Program-made: the position numbers and the translations under genes | The notes under the pieces: model-generated | What the model was told of the DNA's origin: nothing | Database searches by the model: none | What the model saw: only the letters and a program-made list of their open reading frames with translations | Assembly (NCBI GenBank): GCA_951406725.2 | Contig: OX597839.1 | Location: 31,806,001 to 31,870,000, forward strand | Direction: 5' to 3' | Source of the DNA: Octopus vulgaris | Taxonomy: Eukaryota | Length of the DNA stretch: 64,000 nucleotides | Part shown: piece after piece, positions 12,036-26,984 of the stretch | Layout of the letters: the number at the start of each line of letters is the position of its first letter | Position numbering within the stretch: position 1 is the stretch's first letter

Positions 12036-13113
12036 AAATCTAGATATATTTGGAAACTTCTGTAATTTCCTTGAATCCCTTCAATACCAACCTCACCCCA
12101 AGACTTGTTTCGATAATACAAAACTATGGATTTTAAAGAGTCCATATTTAAAATAAAATCTTTCCAACATAATTTTATGTAAGAAACACAAAGTTGTTTC
12201 ACTAAATCCCTCCAACTTATTGATTATTTTCAGAATTAATTTCTAGTCCTAAATAGTGTATTTTATTCGAAATATGGTCACGAGAGGTTGAAAGAAATTT
12301 GATCTCCAACAAATACAAGTGGATTGCTTTTATACATAAATTTTTTGGAGGGCTTCACTATGTTTTCTTCTCTCTTTAGTTAATGTATGCTTTCATTTAT
12401 GATTCCTCTACCAACTAATATATTAAACAGAATAATTAATGCATGCTTCTGTGTATGTGTGTGTATGTGTGTGTGTGTGTGTGTGAACACATGTTGTCTT
12501 TAAGATACCAAGAAGAGAAATGCTGAAATCAAATTTGATCTATTTCTCTGTTCAGTTCTGTCAAAGATCACACAATAGAAGACAGCAGTTTGTATAAAGA
12601 GAGAATAATTTAAGTTGGCAGCCAGAGTAAGACTACAGCACAGTTAGAAGCATGCAAAGCATTAAATGCAGCTAATTGCAAGCATACATGAGATGCTTTC
12701 CTTGAATATGTTGCCATAGTAAGAACACACACACACATATATATATATATGTGTATATATTTGGTTAACAGTATGTGGCTATATTAGATTTCTCTGCCAC
12801 ACAAAAATAAGATCATTGTTTCTGTCAATGAAGCATTAATACCTTAACATCAGATTCCTCGGAGGGTAATACATTGTGAATAGTCTTCTGTCCACAGAAA
12901 TATATTTCCTACATGTACATTAGCAGCTGCCACAACAATCCCACAGAGAAAGACCTTTTACCGTTTAATGACATTCTTGATGATAACTATATTTGGCCCC
13001 GAAATAATTCTAATTTGTTTATCATTACACCGAGATCATTGTTATTATTTTTTTCGTTTTATTTAAACAAGGAAAGAAACGAAGCTGGAACTATTTCTTT
13101 CTTTCTGAAATAG

Positions 13114-13180
13114 ACACTTGTCAGATTTGTTCTGCTTTGGTTTTGAAGATGTACAGAGAGTGTTGAAAGAAGATAACAAG
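13114..13180 (+). CDS. Candidate internal coding exon (HLSDLFCFGFEDVQRVLKEDNK)
   Basis: Acceptor ctatttctttctttctgaaatag; donor AAG/gtaaag; phase 2 start matches the 10716 donor. Confidence 0.5.
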
Positions 13181-13219
13181 GTAAAGAGAATAAAAAGAGT
13201 AATTGAAATTAAAAACAAG

Positions 13220-13545
13220 AACACACACACATACATATATACACACACACACACATATATATATATATACACACACATGCATATATAGATACATATATAA
13301 ATACATACATGTGCGTGTATATATATATATATATATATACACACACATGCATATATAGATACATATATATATACATGCATGTACAGATACATATATAAAT
13401 ACATACATGTGTGTATATATGCGTATATACATGCATATATAAATACTTACGTGCATGTGTGTATGTGTATATATATATGTGTGTGTGTGTATATATACAA
13501 GCATATATACGTGTGCGTGTGTATGTGTACACACACACACACACA
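13220..13545. repeat. Compound (CA)/(TA) microsatellite with internal block duplications
   Basis: Recurrent acacacatgcatatatagatacatatata blocks. Confidence 0.9.
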
Positions 13546-13726
13546 GGGTGTAAGAATAGATAAGAAGAACTAAAGAGAAAAAGATGTCAAAGAAGGAATA
13601 AAGAAAAGAATTTACAAACTTAATAGTTTCAAAGAGTAAAACTTAGAAGAAACAATCTGAGAAAGATGTTTCACCTTCAACACCCATACACCCATACATA
13701 CCTGTGTACATGTAAGACACACACAT

Positions 13727-13780
<54 letters not shown>

Positions 13781-14324
13781 AAATAAAGACTGTAGATTAC
13801 AATAGCAATGAAGGAAAATAGATGACACGGGAAGAAGAAGAAGAAGAAGAACCCTTTAAAGCCAGCTCCTGTATTTGATGTTTATGAAAACTGATCTGAG
13901 CTTGGGAAAACAAAGCTAGCAGTCAATTAATACTTTAGGAGTCAATTAATTAATTAGTTAGTGAACTTTAAATGTTGATTAACATAACAGAAAGGTTGTT
14001 TTGTTTAAAAACACTTTTTAAAAATTTTTGGTTCGTTTTCTATTTTTCTTTTCTTTCTTTTTATTTACTCTCTCTTTTTGATTTCTTTGACCAAGAAACG
14101 ATTTATGTCAGTTGTTATCTCTAATATTTACAGAATGGGGAAGTTCCTCCATCGTGATTCAATCTGCTAGAAATAGCAGCCGAATCACACTTAAATCACA
14201 TGCTATTATCTTAAAAATAGAATACATTGTTTTATGTAGTCCAGTACTCACTATGCCTCATGAAAAAAAAAGACAAACATGAGATGGTCATGGCTGGAAA
14301 GGCTTCTGTCATAGACCTGTTCAA

Positions 14325-14686
14325 GTGTAGTTATATGGTAAGAAACTTGCTTCCCAATTCAGTCACAATGTGTGACACCATGGGCAAGTGTCCACTATTA
14401 GAGTCCCAGGCTGACCAAAGCCTTATGAGTGGATTTGGTAGATGGAAACTGAAAGAAGCCAGTTGTGCATGTGCCTTTTGTGTCTGTGTTTGTCCTTCTC
14501 TACCACTTGGCAACTGGTGTTGGTGTGTTTACATTCCTGTAACATAGCATTTCAGCAAATGAGACTGACAGAGTAAATACCAGGCTTATGAAAAATAAAA
14601 TACAGAGGTCAATTCATGTGGCTAAACTTCCTCAAGGTAGAGCACCAGCATGGCTGCAGTCTAATGACTGAAGCAAGCAAAAGATA
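14325..14686 (+). mobile_element. CORE-like SINE, near full length
   Basis: ggtaagaaacttgcttcccaa...ggatttggtagatggaaactgaaagaagcc...cagcatggctgcagtctaatgactg. Confidence 0.85.
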
Positions 14687-14923
14687 CAATGTTACTGTAA
14701 AAATAAACAATCACATCATGAGACGATGCAAAGCCTCACGTTTGACAGAGGAGTAAAGTGAATGCTAAAAGGTTAAACTACAAGAGCAATGCTTCTGTTG
14801 TGAAAAGCATAATTAATAATCTAGGATAGCAGCTATTTTAGGGGTCAGTCAGCAGACCCTTGGAAGATCTTGCTACAAATAGGTAACCATTCTTGATATT
14901 ATATAATTATTGTTATATTTCAG

Positions 14924-15136
14924 AATGGTCATTTGTTTCTTGTATTTTTTGGCCAAATAAACACACACACGTTTAGTTCTTATTTTCGAGTCATGTGTCT
15001 GAAATCTTTTGTCACGCATCCTGTGACCTCTTCAGTGACTTCCCATCCCATGTGTCTCCTCCTGTCCTGTTTATCTAATGAAGCTGAAGTGAAGAATGAG
15101 TATAAAGTGCATGTGTTTATTTGGCAAGAAAAATGA
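14924..15136 (+). CDS. Candidate exon (NGHLFLVFFGQINTHTFSSYFRVMCLKSF...VHVFIWQEK*)
   Basis: Acceptor attgttatatttcag; phase 0 matches the 13180 donor; 70 open codons. Confidence 0.35.
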   Translation, partial: NGHLFLVFFGQINTHTFSSYFRVMCLKSFVTHPVTSSVTSHPMCLLLSCLSNEAEVKNEYKVHVFIWQEK

Positions 15137-16089
15137 AAATGACCAACCTGAAATATAAAAATATCTGTTTCAAAACATTGCTTCACATCAGGAATCTTAC
15201 AAAACAAACAAATACATAAATTCACTATGTTATTGTTTTCTATTTGCTATCAAAAAAGTTCTTAGTTCAAATCCAGCTGGCAAAGACTGACTGACTAAAC
15301 ACATTCATTATAAGAGCCATAATTGAAGGAAAAGTATAAAAAAAAACATTGCCATAAATACATTTCAAAAACATTCTAAAAAAGAAAATGATTACATGTT
15401 GTTTTAAAGATTTATTTTGTTATTGTATTTGTGTTCAGAGAAGGCGGTCGAGTGACAGTGATAGGCAACTGCTTTCTAACATTTAATATCCTCTGTTTAT
15501 ATTTACATTCCAAATCCTTTTGGGGGTCAACTTTACTTTTCATCTCTGAAGGATTAATAAAATAAGTAGCAGGCATGTAATGGCTACAATTCAATTAATT
15601 ATACTCTTTGCATATATTTTAATGGCTTCGTGCCAATGGGAAATTCAATACATTTCAGAATGAAATAGATACAGACTTTCCAAAATTAGTGTCTATTGAA
15701 ATGGAGAAAATGAAACAAATAGAACATGTGCCAATGTTTGTTACAAGTTTGGCCTCTTTGACTTTGGCCCTCAGATTCAGCCACTAAAGTGCTCAGTGAA
15801 TAGGCTGTCACTGTACGGAAAAGAACCATGCCATTTGTTACTAAAAAAAAAAAGAAAAAACTAAATGTGAGTGAAGATGAACTTGAGTGTTTATTTCAGA
15901 AAATCTTAGTTGATCCTCTATTTGATCAGGACTTAATTTAACCGAGATCAACTTTGCTCAGTTTTATAAAAACATTATCAGTAATATATCTTTCTAACTG
16001 ACCATCCTTCCTTTTTTCAACTGGAGTATTCATGTATCTACTCTACAGCAAGATACTTATCCCTGTCCCTTTTTTTTACCTCTAATCTC

Positions 16090-16410
16090 TCATCAACTGG
16101 CACAAAGCCACACAACCCCCACTACTACTCCTACTCCCAGCTGAGGGATTTTTTGTTCTGAAAGTTCTTGGTGACCTTCTCAGTGCTGGTGTCACATAAA
16201 AAGCATTGGTGCTGGTGCCATGTAAAAAGCACCCAGTACTTTCTGTAGGGCAGTTGGCATTAGAAAGGGCATCCAGCTGTGGAAACCATGTGGAAAACAA
16301 CCAATGGAGCTTGGTGCAGTCTTCAACCTAACCAGTTCCTGTCAAGCCATCCAACCCATGCCAGCATTGAAAACAGACATTAAATGATGATGATGAGGAG
16401 GAGGAGGATG
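16090..16410 (+). mobile_element. SINE 3' portion, (TGA)n-tail family
   Basis: gttggcattagaaagggcatccagctgtggaaaccatg...aacccatgccagcattg...aaatgatgatgatg. Confidence 0.8.
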
Positions 16411-17147
16411 ATCCTCTCTTACTAAACTAATCTTTTTATAGCTGTAGATCTGGCTTTTTTCCTTAAAAAAATATTTGTTAATAAAATATAAAGTTTGAAT
16501 ATTCTTTTAATAGTTATGGGAAACTGAGATACTCTTATAGCTTACAAAAGGAATTCATAATTAGTTTAGTGGCATTTCTTCTGACTACATTCCTTTAGGG
16601 GTCAGTAAAATAAGTACCAGTTGAGCAGTGGGGTTGATATAATCGACTTCCCCCCACCCCTCCCATAAATTGCTGCCCTCGTGCCAACATTTGAAAGGCA
16701 ATAAACAAAGTGAGCAAAGATGTTTGAACCAGGAATTAAGCCTACATGAATTTATGAAAGCACCACATTAAATTAACAATGTACCATGTGGCCACATCTT
16801 TTGATGGTATTATATTAGGGCACAAAATTTTAAAAATAGACATTCAATCTATGAGTTTAAAATTAACAATAACCAATAGTGCATTTGAGAGAAGGCCAAA
16901 CTGTTCGGTAGTATCCCAGAATGGCTAAAAAAAAAAAAAAAGAAAGAAGAAAGTGGTAAATGATGGGAGCAGGGTGGAGGGTTTATAGTACATTAATGTT
17001 GTTTGATATATCTGAAGACGTGTAAAACCAACTCAATAATACTTAAATGGAAACAAAACGCAAAACAGCATGGAAAGGTTTCCTTTTTTCTAAGTGCTTT
17101 CTTATGTCATCTGGATTACTATTTATAGGTAAGTTAGTGTTTATGTT

Positions 17148-17540
17148 AGGGCATATGGCTCAGTAGTTAGAGCACTTGGCTTACAATTGTGGGATGGTGA
17201 GTTCGATTCCTAGACCTGGTTGTGTGTTGTGTTCTTGAGCAAGACACTTCATTTCATGTTGCTCCAGTTCACTCAGCTGTAGAAATGAGGTGTGGCATCA
17301 CTAGAAGATGGAAACTGAAAGAAACCCATCATGTGTGTGTGTGTGTGTCTCATTGTGTCTGTATTTGTCTCCTACCATTGCTTGACAACCAGTGTTGATG
17401 TGTTTATGTCCCTGTAACTTAGCAGTTTGACAAAAAACAGACTAATAGCATAAGAGTTGATTTATTCGACTAAAAAATTTTGTAAGTTGGTGCCCCCTGC
17501 ATGGCTGCAGTCTAATGACTGAAACAAGTAAAAGATAAAC
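17148..17540 (+). mobile_element. Chimeric SINE: alternative tRNA head plus CORE-like block fused to the 3' half of the main family
   Basis: tggctcagtagttagagc (A box), gagttcgattcc (B box), gttcttgagcaagacact, then gatggaaactgaaagaaaccc...catggctgcagtctaatgactgaaacaagtaaaag. Confidence 0.8.
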
Positions 17541-17943
17541 TTAATCCAAGATAACCAGAAACACATACTTCAAACAACTTGAATAACATTAAATGAATTA
17601 CAAATTCAATATCTGAGAATTATTTGTCCAAATACAAAACAAAAGAAAAAAAGAACAAAAAATACAAAAGCTAATTCTTTCTAAGTTTTAATATAGAAAA
17701 TATATTTTTAACTCCCAGCACTTATTAATAAATGATAGAGGGGGAAAAAAGTCACTAATGATCAGTGTAAGGAGCTGAATTTGGCAGAGATTCTAGAACT
17801 AATTGCTGATGAATTAAATAATAAAATAAAACATGTCAGATCTGTGTTATGTAATATGGGAAATAGATTTTAAATACCCACACAGACGTACGTTCAAACA
17901 CACAAACAATGTAAACAAACAAATACACACACTGGATATTTAT

Positions 17944-17987
<44 letters not shown>

Positions 17988-20159
17988 GTAATACTATTTG
18001 CTTGTATAGCCATGTAGTTAAGAAGCCTGCTTTGCAATCCTGTATCTTCAGGTTCAATCCTTCTGTGTGACCTGCTGTAGCTTTGGATTAACCAAGGCCT
18101 ATCAAGTGAACACTAAGTACATGGAAACTGTGTGGAATCCTGTGAGTGTGTATGTCTATTAAAACAAGATGTCAGAGTCTATATGGTAATGTGCCTTGTG
18201 GTATTTAGGTTATATTCTGTGATGCTCCATTCACCTCTGTTCTTCATTTGTTGAAGTTTGGAATAGAAATGAGCACAGATCAATTTAGAGTACGTGACAT
18301 GATGATGGTGATTGCAAGAGAGGCCAAGGAAAACTTGGTTTGACAATAATTGATGGCTAATTTCTAAAGGACACTGTATCTATTGAGGAGATGGTTAATG
18401 TTTTGATACTTCTCATCCTTTAACTCTTTTATGTACAACTTTGAAAACTGTGAAATGAGCTCAATGTCTTACTTTTCCATACAAAACTGTAAAAGTGATG
18501 AAATCTAGAATGCAATTTATTATTAGTAAACAGCATCTAATTCCATTTGGTCATTGTGACACCTTGTAAGCACAGCTAAATATTAATAAGGGAGGAGTTT
18601 TAAGCTGATCGACTGAAGTAGAAATAGCTTGTTAATAAGTATAAAAATACGTAAATTACTTTAAATAGATAAGAACAGCACCAATGTGAACGAAATATAA
18701 TGAATACTCGATAAAGATTAAAGTAATCCTATTAGAGGTCAAAATTAATAATAGTGGTAACAAGCAACTTCCAGTTAGTTCACAGAAAGTACCAAGGCAG
18801 TGACTAAAATGTCAAAACATGAAAACAAAACGAAATTCATCCATTTAATGAAATAACATCTGCAGATCCTCTGAGTGGAATTAAAAGTAAGTCAGAGGAT
18901 TGAGCGATGGAAAATATAGGTTAAAACAGGTATTTAAGAAACAAAACAAAACCACAAATCAATTTCCATCTATGATAGCAAAAACCTCAAAAATCTAAAT
19001 AGATGCAGAAAGTAAAAGAAGGTCAACCACTGGTTAGAGGGTTAATCATTACTTAATGACACCAGACGTTATTAGCTGATCATTATCACAGGAATAAATC
19101 TGATTGAACTTGATTGTATGTGTTCATTGGCTTGTTTGTCCTTGATTTTGGCTTGGATTGCTGCAATATTTCAGGAGACTCCCTCGTTTTATACTCAAGT
19201 GTCATAATCCAACTGGTAGTGTTTTAGAACAAATTACAATCTTTAATTAGTGTACTTCAGCACACACACACACGTTTTCCATGCTTGCTTGGGGTAGGAA
19301 ATCTTTTTATAAATTTGAACAGTCACATACTACTGAAGCACTTGACTTTAGAATTTGTTGTCTTTCCTATCAGAGGGATATGTGTATCTGGAGGTACAAC
19401 AATGATTTGTACAAAAGTTTGAACTCATCCATTCTCCTATAAGTCCAGCATGTTCATACATCATCCATTGCACCTTGTATGTGTGTGTGTGTGTGTGTGT
19501 GAGTGTATGTATACACACATACATATATATATATATATATACATACATAGATATATATATAAATGCTCACATATTCAAATACACACACACACTCACATAC
19601 CCATATATATCTATTAGATAACACTTGTAAGTACATGCAAGCATATATAAACACACACATGTATATACAGGTAACCACAAATCTACACACATTTACATCC
19701 ACCCAAATGTATAAGTGGCTTTATGAAGACATTCAGTAAAGACTATCTAATGTCAAAACCTCTTAACCATAATAGTTAAACTTTAATTACACTGTTTAAT
19801 GTCTCAGTATTTCCACTTGGCTAAAACAATACTAAATATCCCCAAGCAGTTAATTTTGCTGGCGACAACATCCATCCTATATAGATACGCATAATATACA
19901 TGTGTGGGGAGGGCAGGTTCTTGTTTTATTCCTGGTGAAAAAAACATTGATGGATGTATAGATTATAAGGCATACACAGCAACACAGAATACAAGATGAT
20001 GAGGTGATGCTGGTGTGCCAGACCAGACCAGTTTAGTATTGATCAACGGTTTGATGGTTTACAATTGTAAAGTGTTGAAGTACTTGACTTTACTTTTCAT
20101 CTCCACCATTCACTATTGTTGAAATTAGTTCTGATAACACACAGGGTTAAGTGATTAAA

Positions 20160-20557
<398 letters not shown>

Positions 20558-21145
20558 GTGCACTCTACCTGGAATATTGAACTTACAATAATATTATCAT
20601 TTGATCAGCTCTGTACCACAAGACTACCAAAGCAGAACTATTTATCAAGAACCAATGAATGTGTATATACAGTGAAACAAATATATTTGCTAGAAAATGA
20701 GAGCGAGAGAGAGAGTGTGTGGGAGGGAGAGAGATATATATACCACATAACGCAGACTAAAATGCATAGAGTGGACTAAAGACTCAGAGGTTTTATTGCA
20801 GAGTTCTTATCTTCCTAATTGGACAATATTCTGAAGTGAGGTTTTGTGAAAAACTTTCAAACATATCTTGGAAGGAAATTTCTTCAATATAACTGTCGGG
20901 GATCTAATGAGAGGAAAATATTGAATTTCTTATTTCTTTTGCATCTTAGTTTCCAATTTGTAAACTTTTATTTTTCTTTCCCCACCCACCCTACTATTTT
21001 TCCATTACCTATTAAGAAATTAGCCCCAAATCAATATAATTTGGGTGGTTGGGGAGGGGTTGAGATAATATAATGTAAGCACCCTATTACGACAAATTAC
21101 TTACATTACAGTAAGAGAAAAATTCAATATTTTTCTCTCCTCTTT

Positions 21146-21186
<41 letters not shown>

Positions 21187-21412
21187 TATTTAATAAAACA
21201 GCAAGGTAAAATGGTAAAACGGCACTGGTAAAAGAGATAATGGCTAAATAAGCTAGTAAAGAAAATTGATTTGCAAACTGTATGCAACATTGTTTTGAAA
21301 CTAAAAAGTAGGTCATTTAAAAAAAAAAAAATGTAAATAACCATTTCTTCATAGAATGAGACTATGCCATTTGTTTCTTCATTCATTTATCATTTCATTT
21401 TCCTACCAGAGA

Positions 21413-21524
21413 ATGATAATAATAATAATAATAAATAATAATAATAATAATAATAATAGTGATGATAATAATAATAATAATAATAATAATAGTAATAATA
21501 ATAATAATAATGGTAATAATAATG

Positions 21525-21585
<61 letters not shown>

Positions 21586-21726
21586 TAATAATAGTAATAA
21601 TAATAATGATAATAATAATAATAATAATAACAATAATAATAATAATAATAATAATAATGATAACAACAACAACAACAACAACAATAATAATAATAATAAT
21701 AATAATAATGGTAATAACAACAACAG
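21413..21726. repeat. (AAT)n/(AAC)n trinucleotide microsatellite, ~310 bp
   Basis: Direct reading; source of the poly-N/I/L/Y ORFs. Confidence 0.95.
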
Positions 21727-22309
21727 CATGGTTTATTCATGTTTTCTAAAACTAATAAACAGGAGGCAGAGGAGGAAGAAGAGGAGGAAACTGTTGAATA
21801 GTTTAATGGATTACATCTCTCAGTGGGGATGAACTCCTCCTGGGGCTTCCTAAAGCACCAGGAGTGTTTTCTATAGATGGAGAAAAAAAAAAAAAGTCTA
21901 CAACAGCGAAACAAGAACAATGAATTGATTGTTGCACTATTTCTCAACTGCTCTCAGACATATCAACAACATTGCTTTAGATAATGTTTACTTCTTTGAT
22001 GTAAGTAGGACAGACCTTCACAACACTTCCATCTGCCCTCATTCACCTTTCCACCAATTTCTCTGTGTCACTTGCCCTACTTAGCTTATATTGCCTGTTT
22101 TTCATCAAAATACCAATGAGCCAGCATGGTCACTCATCTGCTAGAAATAGTCAAATCAAACTGTCATTTTAAAAAAGGTAGTATAAATATATATATTACA
22201 TGTATCCTAGATATATTACATATGAATAACAGACTGGATAGCCACAGCTGGAATGTCTTTGATTATAGTTCTGATAGGTCCAGATTGACCTCATTTTAAA
22301 TAACAACAA

Positions 22310-22790
22310 CTAAGGTGCTTGGCACTACCAATATCTGAGCAGGAGGATGAAGGCTCAGGTCTTTAGGTCTCTGGTCCTCCCTGTCCTGCTCCTTAGTTGT
22401 GGAACTTGGAAACTGTCTGAGGCCCTTAGGAGCCACCTGAACTCCTTTGCTTCACAAGATTATGGGTTACCATTGGTTGGATGTTGTATCCAACTAACGA
22501 CTCTACTCAGAAACTGGGATGCGTCTGGTTATTTGTATGGTTTGGGAGCACCAGTTCGGACTATTTGGCCATGTTGCTTGATTTTCTGAGTTAGACCCTG
22601 CTCACCATGTTCTCTTGACTGACGATGTGGCTGGGTTGGCAGCTCAGGTTAGTTGACCACATGTCACAAGGTCATGACAGACAAGGAGGTATCTAACGGA
22701 GATGAGGACTAACTGGGACTCTGCTTGTTGGGAATGTACCAACAAATGGTGACCGCAGCAATGCACAGCAACAGTGTAGTCCCTCCCCCA
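22310..22790 (+). mobile_element. Degenerate RTE-clade LINE, C-terminal region
   Basis: LSRRMKAQVFRSLVLPVLLLSCGTWKL and, after a frameshift, IMGYHWLDVVSN...LFGHVA; typical post-RT motifs of RTE LINEs. Confidence 0.8.
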
Positions 22791-23368
22791 CACTTGGTCT
22801 GACCTATGGTACCAATAAGAGAGCATCTAACATGCAAGAAATATTAATTAAGCTTCCCTCAGATCGCATTCTGGTACAAAAAAGAAGGATATAATGAATA
22901 TTGTAGTCTGAGACCAATTCTAAAGATCAGAAATACGTTCTTTATGGCTTGAAATGTCTTTGATCAAAGGTTTGCTAAATCAAGTTCAATATGTGACCAA
23001 AAACCGCCCCACCCCACCACCACCACCACCGATATAGTTTACCTTCCCAGTAAGTACATAATCAACAAAATATTTCGGCTGCTGTTGTTTCAACTATTCA
23101 GGTGACAAACAACGTACTACCAAATATCTTACTAACATCTCCAGAATGGGAACCTCATGCTTCACTGCATTAAAACATCAGTTTCGGTTCATCGGACATT
23201 CATCATACAACCGAGACATTTATTGTCAACAAAACCACCAATTAGAAGAGTAAAGACAGAAGAGAGTTACTTTGTTTTTTTAACTTTGCATTTTATATTC
23301 TTATTGACATCAAATTACATTTCAGTTTACATACTCACTGACCACCCTTGGAGACCAATGATATATAA

Positions 23369-23410
<42 letters not shown>

Positions 23411-23727
23411 CACACAAATTGCTTGTGTTATAGGTTTTGTGTTTTGAGAAGTGTATATTACTAAAACTATAATGTAAACACTCATTATTATTACTAATAA
23501 ATATTATATTTCATAATAATAATGATAATAATGTGTGTGTGTGTGTGTATGTGTATTCTTTTATTTTATTTTTCAGACTTCTTGTGAAAGTGTATGTTGA
23601 AACAAATGTATCTCGAGAAAAGCATGTGTTTCTAATTAGAAAAATGACCCTCCTAAAGGTTCAACAGCAATATATGTGCACACACATACACATGTGTGTG
23701 TCTGTGTATGAATGAGTGACTGAGTGA

Positions 23728-23765
<38 letters not shown>

Positions 23766-24784
23766 ACGCGTGTGTACCATCATCATCATCATAGTCCACT
23801 AGTCATGTTTGCATGCATGGATCAGACAGAATTTGTTGAGACGGATTTTCTATTCGAGGATGCTGTTCCTGTCATCACGTCTTGTCAGGTGTGCATATAT
23901 ATACATATTTACGTATATGCATATATAGATACGTAGACACATATACACACATCTTTACCTACAACAGTATATATGTGTGTGTGTGGGGTGCACATATGCA
24001 CACACACATTTGTATGGGGGTCTTTTTTGCCTGCATACATGTGCATAGAAACATAGATACTGTTGCTATTCCTCATAGCCAGACACAGACAGACAGACAG
24101 ACAGACAGACACACAGACTCAGAAACAAATACAGAGACAGACAGACACCAACGTACAGTTAGCCACGATTACATAGTGAGATGCAGACATGAACACACAG
24201 TTGCAAAGACACAAACACACACACATACACAGGCACAGACACACCACCACCACCACCTCACCCACACACTCTAGATTCCAATTAATTACACTATTGTTTA
24301 ATCATGGCAGCTGTTTATTTCAGAAAAAATACTTTGGGAACAAAGCAGATAAATTATGACAGTTAGCTCCACTGATTTGGAACGTCGTCGTCAGGAGGTT
24401 TAATCAGTAGAGTACAAACTGATGAGGGAACCACTGTGTAGTGGCTCAGTCTGCAAGAAATAGCAGTTAACTTCCTTAAATGATAGCATACCAAATTAAA
24501 AAGGAAAGGGTACAATGGAGTTAAACAAACATCAACAATATCAGGGCTCATGGTTGCAGAAGGCAGAGGTCATTACTGAGTAAAATAGAGTTACTGTATT
24601 TGGATTTGATCTCTGAATATATCCTTATAATGTCGACTTCAACAGCTGAACATCAGCCAATCAATTGTTAAAGAAAAGGACAAAATTCCAAGAATTTTGA
24701 AATAACCTCTACAAAGCTGAAACAATTTAACAACTCTTTAATCCAGTTTGCCACCAGAAATTTCTTATTTCTTTACTGCCCACA

Positions 24785-24998
24785 AAGGGCTACACACAGA
24801 GGGGACAAACAAGGACAGAAAAATGGATTAAGTCGATTATATCGATCCCAGTGCGTGACTGGTACTTATTTAATCAACTCCAAAAGGATGAAAGACAAAA
24901 TCGACCTTGGCGGAATTTGAACTCAGAACGTAAAGACAGACGAAATACTGCTAAGCATTTCGCCTGGCGTCCTAACATTTCTGCCAAGCTCACTGCCT
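24785..24998 (-). mobile_element. tRNA-derived SINE with Meta-like central domain (tail variant B)
   Basis: Reverse complement of gagttcaaattccgcc...tttcatcctt...aagtaccag; tail cccacaaagggctacacacagagggg. Confidence 0.85.
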
Positions 24999-25625
24999 GA
25001 CACGAATTACCATTTCTTCATTTGACCTTTTTCTTTTACCTCTTCTCCATCCAATTTTCTTTCTTTGTTGAAGGACCATTATCCGAAATACTAAATCCAC
25101 CTTGTCTCCTTCCCCAGGGTGTAAATTATATGGACTTCCCTCTGGATCTTTGTTTTGCCTTCTTTTTCCTCACGACTCTCCATAGGTTTGGGTAGGAGAT
25201 GTCGCTGATTCACTAAGGGAACAAGTTGCAAACAGTTTGTGATTTACATATATATATATACATGTAATATAAATATCTCTTGGGAATAGCGTCGTTTGTT
25301 AAGTATTTCTTGAAGCAAGCATGTAACAAATAACCGCCCTTTCTGAAAGTAATTTATTCAACCCTTAAGTGGAAATGCTGGGTTTCTTTTTAAAACTAAA
25401 GTAGAGAAATGTGTCTTGCTTAATGGCACATTTCAATAATGGCTGCAGTCATTTTCTGGAATAATAATTCAGATGGCTCTAACTGAAGGCGAAATCCTTC
25501 AAGTAGGTATAAAATTAGCAACGATTATGAATACTGCTTTCTTTCTAAGTTTATATGCGTGTGCATGCACACACACACATACACATATGTATGCATGTAT
25601 AGGTGGGTCTCTCTCTCTCTCGGTG

Positions 25626-25657
<32 letters not shown>

Positions 25658-26001
25658 CACACACACATGAACATACAATCACACACATCTATGCACATAC
25701 ACTGCAAGAATATGAGTAATACCTTAAAGCAACAATTTAAGAGATGTCGTGGAACCTTCCAAATAGTTTATTTTCTCTATCAGTACTAAGCGTATCATTG
25801 AACAAAAATCAATAACTTACAAAAAGTAAATAAATAAATAAATAGTATAAAAACTCTCCTCACCTACTCTACCCTCATATCCATATATCAAGAGTAGCCA
25901 TCTATACCAACACATTTATATATGAGCTCTTGTAATTTGAAATATTAAAGCTCACGCCTTTTATTTGTTGATAAAAGAAGACATCTATACATCTCTCTCT
26001 C

Positions 26002-26033
<32 letters not shown>

Positions 26034-26092
26034 GAGACCAAAAGTGTACACACGCCACTATATGTGTGTATATATATATGTATGTATGTATG

Positions 26093-26150
<58 letters not shown>

Positions 26151-26984
26151 TTGTCAGTATATGTAGTTTTATGCAAATTAGATCAGTTTAGTGCTGTCAA
26201 AGTTTGTGTCTATGATAAATAACTGTAAGTTAATAATCTTTGACTGTGGACAAAAGATTGGTATTCTTTATTTGATGAAGTTCTAACAAGTCTAGAAACC
26301 AGTCAGACTGATTCCTTTTTTTTTTTTTTGTGCCTGTGGAGAGACATAACTGTAGTGTTACGACATGGCTTACATTTTTGCACTAAGGTTAAATTGTATG
26401 TCTAACAAACATTTTGTGTGTGTGTGTATACATACATATATATATATATGTATATATTTACACATATACAGGTGGGAAATGAAGAGACGTTTTGGAAAAA
26501 AAAATAGTCATGTATGGAAGTGTGATAAGAAATGTCTGGCTGTTTCTATAGAAATTAAAGAAAACTGTGATACTTATTTTTTCTATAAGATGAATTATGT
26601 GAAAAACAAATACATACAAAATAGTAAGAAATTAAAAAAAAAAACAAAAACGATACTAACTTGTCTAATATAGAACTGCTTTCCAAAATAAATTAAATTA
26701 CTTTTTCCTTTTTTTTTTTATATATATATATTTTTTTTTTTCTCTGAATTGGTATATCTACTATTAACCTGAACTTCTTTAATCAGATTCTGCATGAGGT
26801 TGTGGAAGAGGTTATGTATATATTAGCATGGTTTTCTGTTTTCTTTAAATTTCTCCAATATCAAAGCAGACAGTTACTCAACAACTAAACTATCTTTGGT
26901 ATTTAGACAAGATTGCTGTACAGATTATGCATGTGGAACTCCAAACAAAACATCTTGCTTATTTTCACTGTTTGCCTTACGCAT

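Noticed and set aside
12234-13010. Additional AG-flanked coding-looking frames at 12234, 12556 and 12898
   Set aside because: Ambiguous frames with stops and weak donors; not distinguishable from chance by eye
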